Shown here: positions 60,418 through 64,000 of the stretch, in pieces
Layout of the letters: every line of letters starts with the position of its first letter
How positions within the stretch are numbered: the stretch's first letter is position 1
NCBI GenBank assembly: GCA_963845755.1
Contig: CAWJTV010000009.1
Coordinates: 1 to 64,000, forward strand
Direction: 5' to 3'
From: an uncultured Planctomycetota bacterium
GTDB taxonomy: Bacteria; Planctomycetota; Planctomycetia; Isosphaerales; Isosphaeraceae
Length of the DNA: 64,000 bases
Position numbers and translations under genes: made by a program
Notes under the pieces: generated by a model
What the model was told of the DNA's origin: nothing
Databases searched by the model: none
The model's input: the letters and a program-made list of their open reading frames with translations, nothing else

Positions 60418-60508
60418 GGAGTCGAAATCGGTGTCGCTTTTCTTTTCAGCCGAAATGGAGTCGAAATCGATGTCGCTTTTCTTTTCAGCCGAAATGTGTC
60501 GCTTCTCT
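60418..60508. repeat. 39-bp tandem repeat (2 full + 1 partial)
   Basis: GGAGTCGAAATCG(G/A)TGTCGCTTTTCTTTTCAGCCGAAAT x2, then GTGTCGCTTCTCT. Confidence 0.85.
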
Positions 60509-60613
60509 CATCGAGCTTCAGCAGCGGATGTAGCGGTGCTCGGGAAGATTCATTGCCAGGAACCCAATACCACCATCGCTATCCGCCCGGCAGCGGTTCT
60601 GCCATCACCCCTG

Positions 60614-61174
60614 CTAAACGAATTGCTCTTTTTTCATATCTAACTCATTCTGAAAAACGATCGAACTTCGCGCGTCAAGCTTGTCTGGGAAGATCGCCAG
60701 GTTGCGACTTCCCACCTTGGAGGAAGGGAAGATAAAGCCCTCCAAAAAGGGGAGCGCGTGAAGCGCAGCGCCGAGCTGATGGGTCGGTGCCGCTACTGAA
60801 CTGTTCGCCCAGGCGCCGGTTAACACCTGGTCGTTGGTTGAGATTAGTCTTTGCTGGGTGATATTGCAGAGATCGGCGACGTGATAGAGAGTGACTTGCA
60901 AGCTCATGAGCACCCAGGAACCCTTCGGGCTGGACAGGGGTGCGTTCGGGTCTCCGAGGAGCGCCCCGACCTCATAGATGGCGACCTGATGGTTTTCCCC
61001 CAGATAGAGGATTCGGTAGAGCGGGGTAGCGACCGAAGCATCGCTGAATCGGCTTCGAGATGTCCTCGAATGATCGGTGTTGAGTCGAGACCTCCAGTGC
61101 CTCAGGTTCAGTGCGCGGAACCAGGTCCCCGTTTGCGGCTGGAGGGAGAGCTTGGCGCAGCCGCCTGTCTTCAT
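60614..61174 (-). CDS. RES-domain toxin (NAD+ phosphorylase family)
   Basis: R (SRSRF), LYLGE..VAIYE (E), GFIFPSS (S), NLAIFP; TGATG overlap with the upstream antitoxin. Confidence 0.82.
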   Translation of the reverse strand: MKTGGCAKLSLQPQTGTWFRALNLRHWRSRLNTDHSRTSRSRFSDASVATPLYRILYLGENHQVAIYEVGALLGDPNAPLSSPKGSWVLMSLQVTLYHVADLCNITQQRLISTNDQVLTGAWANSSVAAPTHQLGAALHALPFLEGFIFPSSKVGSRNLAIFPDKLDARSSIVFQNELDMKKEQFV

Positions 61175-61608
61175 CAGAAAAGACCCTGGTCGACGGCCTG
61201 GAGGAGGGATACGACCTTGGCTTCCTCATGAGTCCCGATCAAGTCACCGGGCTTCCTCCCCCCCAGTTGTGCGCTTGGGGTCGATAACCAGGTCTCGGGG
61301 TCATCCACGACCACCGCCAGGAGCTCGTCGAGGGAATCCGGCCGAATCGGCGGGGACGTCTCGAGAGCGTTCGGTTTTTCGGAGAGTTCAGGCATGATCT
61401 CGCCCTTGAGATCGCGTTGAAGCGCCCGCTCAGCGGCGTCTGGCTCAGCGAGTCGCCTTTCGGCCAATTCCTTGAGTTCCAGGTAGCACTTGCGAGGGTC
61501 CTTGCACCGGAACTCAACGAAACTCACGATCGAGCCCAGAAACTCGGCCCATTCCTGAGAATCCGACTGAGGGGACGTTCCTGCCGCAGACTTTTCGATG
61601 TCCAACAT
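61174..61608 (-). CDS. Xre/MbcA/ParS-type antitoxin
   Basis: C-terminal WLSTPSAQLGGRKPGDLI...V..LL.AVDQGLF; coupled to the RES gene; start uncertain. Confidence 0.8.
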   Translation of the reverse strand: MLDIEKSAAGTSPQSDSQEWAEFLGSIVSFVEFRCKDPRKCYLELKELAERRLAEPDAAERALQRDLKGEIMPELSEKPNALETSPPIRPDSLDELLAVVVDDPETWLSTPSAQLGGRKPGDLIGTHEEAKVVSLLQAVDQGLF

Positions 61609-61801
61609 GACCGGCTCGTTGTAGCAAGTCGCCCGAGATTGGTAAAGACGTAGAACGGTTCCTGCCTCTATCTCAATCCTCCCCAAGTGCTCCGGATTTC
61701 ACAATGGGGGCGCTCATGGAACGCGAAGGACAAGGCCAGGCATCACTTCCATCTTTTCTCCGGTATGATTCAACGCGATCGATCCCTGCCCACCCTGCCT
61801 A

Positions 61802-62142
61802 TCACGCCCAGACGCTCCGATCGAGCGAACGGTAGCCGACGGCCTCGGCGATGTGCTGGGGCTTGATGTCGTCCTGGCCTTCCAGGTCGGTGATCGTGCG
61901 GGCTACGCGCAAGACCTTATCGTGAGCCCGCGCCGACAGCCCCATGTCCTCCATCACCGCCTTGAGGAACGCCCGCGACTCGGGCACCAAGGCGCAGAAC
62001 TTCCGCACCTGCGCACCGGCGTCCAGCCGTTGACTTGCAGGCCGAACCGCTTCGAGTGCCGCGCCCGCGCCTCCAGCACCTGCTCCCGCAGCTCGGCCGA
62101 GGTCGGGCCGCGGGCCATCCCGGCCAGTTGGGTGAACTCTAC
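61802..62142 (-). pseudogene. comM: YifB/ComM Mg-chelatase-like ATPase, 3' fragment only
   Basis: FTQLAGMARGPTSAELREQVLEARAR..KRF, frameshift, then QVRKFC...GLSARAHDKVLRVARTITDLEG...HIAEAVGYRSLDR. Confidence 0.8.
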
Positions 62143-64000
62143 CTCGAAGCAGGTTCGCGCCGAAAGCCGGGGAGAGCCTTGGGAGATGAGTCTCCTTCAC
62201 GGAGTCGGTAGCCTCGTCCCGGCTCGAGTCCTTTGTAACGATCAACCCGGCCGGATGGCCACGTCACTTCAACCGGGTCGACGCGATCGGCCGTTCCCAG
62301 TCCGATATGGAGGCGGGGATCCGAGGCGGACTGGTAGCTTCCCCCGCCTGTTCGCCAGGCGATCTGGCGACGCTTACCGGACTCGACGACGACCCGCGCT
62401 CCGACGGCGTCTCGGTTCGAAGACGTACCTTCGAGCAGGAGGGTGAGGGAACGGCCGCCCCCAGTCCGATTGTGGAAGTAAACCGCGGGTCGGTTCTGTG
62501 GAAGGATCACCAGGTCGACCCGTCCATCATTGTCCAGGTCTCCCGCAGCCAGGCCGCGTCCCAGGAGCTCGAGCTGGAAGGCAGGGCCGGCGCGGTCGGT
62601 CACGTCGACCAGTTTATGCCCCTTTTCTGCGCCTGCGAAGAGCTGCGCCTGCATCTGTTGCGGAACATCGGTTCGACCTTCATCGACGTGGCCGTTGGCT
62701 GTCACCAGATCGAGCCGGCCGTCGTTGTTGAAATCGACAAAGGCCATCCCAAACCCAAGCCGGTAGCGGCTGGCCACCGTGAGGCCGTACTCCGCGGAAT
62801 GGTCGCTGAACACGCCGTCACCCAGGTTCAGGTATAGGGCTGTGTATTCGTTGTAGAAGTTGGTGACGGCGAGGTCCGGCAATCCGTCGCCGTTGACATC
62901 GCCGCAGGCGACACCCATGCTCGCCTGGTACAAACCGCTTGCGTTGCTGGCGACGCCGGCGATATGGCCGACCTCCTCAAAGCGGTGGTTTCCGCGATTC
63001 AAGAAGAGGAACTTGGCCGATTGGTCGTTGGCCACGAAGAGATCGATGCGTCCGTCACCATTAAGGTCGCTCGCGACAACCCCAAGCCCCTGCCCATCAC
63101 CGTCGACGATTCCTGCCTCGGTCGAGATATCGACGAAGCGCCCCCCGTCGTTGCGGAACAGGTGATCGGGCTGGGCGTGAAATTCAGGCGGTCCACAAAA
63201 GGTGAAGGTATTGCGAGCCTTGTCCCAGCACTCACGTGGGTGTTTGCTGTCCCAGGCGAGATAGTGACAAACATAAAGATCGAGGTCGCCGTCGCCGTCG
63301 ATGTCCGCGAAGGCCGCCGACGTTGGCCAATCGCGGTCGCCCGCCAAGCCGGCCTTGCTGGTAACGTCTTCGAACGTGCCGTCTCCCTTGTTCCGGAAGA
63401 GGGCGTAGGCTTGCCATCGAGTCAGGAACAGATCCGGGTGGCCGTCGTTGTCGATGTCGCCGACCGCGACGCCGTGGCCATATCCGTGAGGCAGCTCGGT
63501 GATGCGCGATCGTACGCTGACGTCCTCGAACGTGCCGTCGCCCTTGTTGCGGAAAAGGCGATCGCCGGTGTTCGGCGCCTCTCGGCTGGGGGGGAACTTG
63601 CCTCCCTGGACGAGATAGACATCGAGCCAGCCATCGCCGTCGTAATCGAGCAGGCCGAGCCCTCCGCTCATCGTTTCCGGCATCTGGTGGAGGGTTTCCA
63701 GTCCGTTGTCGAACGTGAAGCGCAGACCAGCCGGCTCGGCGTCATCGACGAACCACGGGCTTGCGCCGCAGGATGAGGCACGCGGCGCATGGCCCTCTGG
63801 TGTGGCATGCCGCATTCAGCTCGGCCAGCAGGCCAGCGGGCGTCAACGGCGAGGGAGCTGGGCCGGCAGACATCGCCTCGCGGTCCAGGCGAGCTAGCTC
63901 CGTCCTTGCCAATGCGGCATGGGCGGGTTGTTCGGCCGCGAGTTCCCACCAACAATGGGCTTCGAACCGGCGGCCGACTGCTTCGGCGGCTCGAGCTAGC
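62139..64000 (-). CDS. CRTAC1-like FG-GAP repeat / ASPIC-UnbV protein (5' end uncertain, probably beyond the window)
   Basis: Repeated DYDGDGWLD/DIDNDGHPD/DLNGDGRID/DFNNDGRLD; C-terminal NRDAVGARV, GGGSYQSASDPRLHIGLG, VTWPSG. The ORF is open to 63815. Confidence 0.88.

Noticed and set aside
60418..60508. 39-bp repeats as a CRISPR or guide-RNA array
   Set aside because: No variable spacers, too few units and no associated effector.

Overview
GC-rich bacterial DNA with a Planctomycetota (Isosphaeraceae-like) gene complement: PEP-CTERM proteins, a planctomycete-type ECF sigma/Ser-Thr kinase pair, a sulfatase, an FG-GAP/ASPIC-UnbV protein and a short-form PheT. The taxon is inferred from gene content only. 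Layout: (i) 1-8.9 kb is a stack of nested mobile elements (ISAs1 inside an IS66; a serine-recombinase element inside an IS66 tnpB; a second IS66 type inside that element). (ii) 9-23 kb is accessory: PEP-CTERM genes, ECF-kinase, sulfatase, tandem ABC-permease paralogues and an ISKra4 with both ends and its target duplication. (iii) 23-37 kb is core: ispD, Mrr-like nuclease, CoaC-like flavoprotein, infC-rpmI-rplT-pheS-(2 genes)-pheT. (iv) 38-54 kb is a ~13 kb general-stress gene block between two copies of a duplicated segment (1.8 kb and 1.3 kb). (v) 54-64 kb holds a kinase, a toxin-antitoxin cluster split by an IS1182, a comM/yifB 3' fragment and a CRTAC1-like gene. The most unusual signal is non-coding: a family of ~130-200 bp units with conserved, asymmetric ~30-bp ends (TAGAGCG..AAC..TTGCGCAC). 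The units carry different REP-like hairpin interiors and abut in tandem through a shared TA/CTAG. Frameshifts in essential genes (pheT, ispD) suggest indel errors in the assembly. No rRNA, tRNA or CRISPR array was recognised. All family calls are by motif recognition, with no database search.
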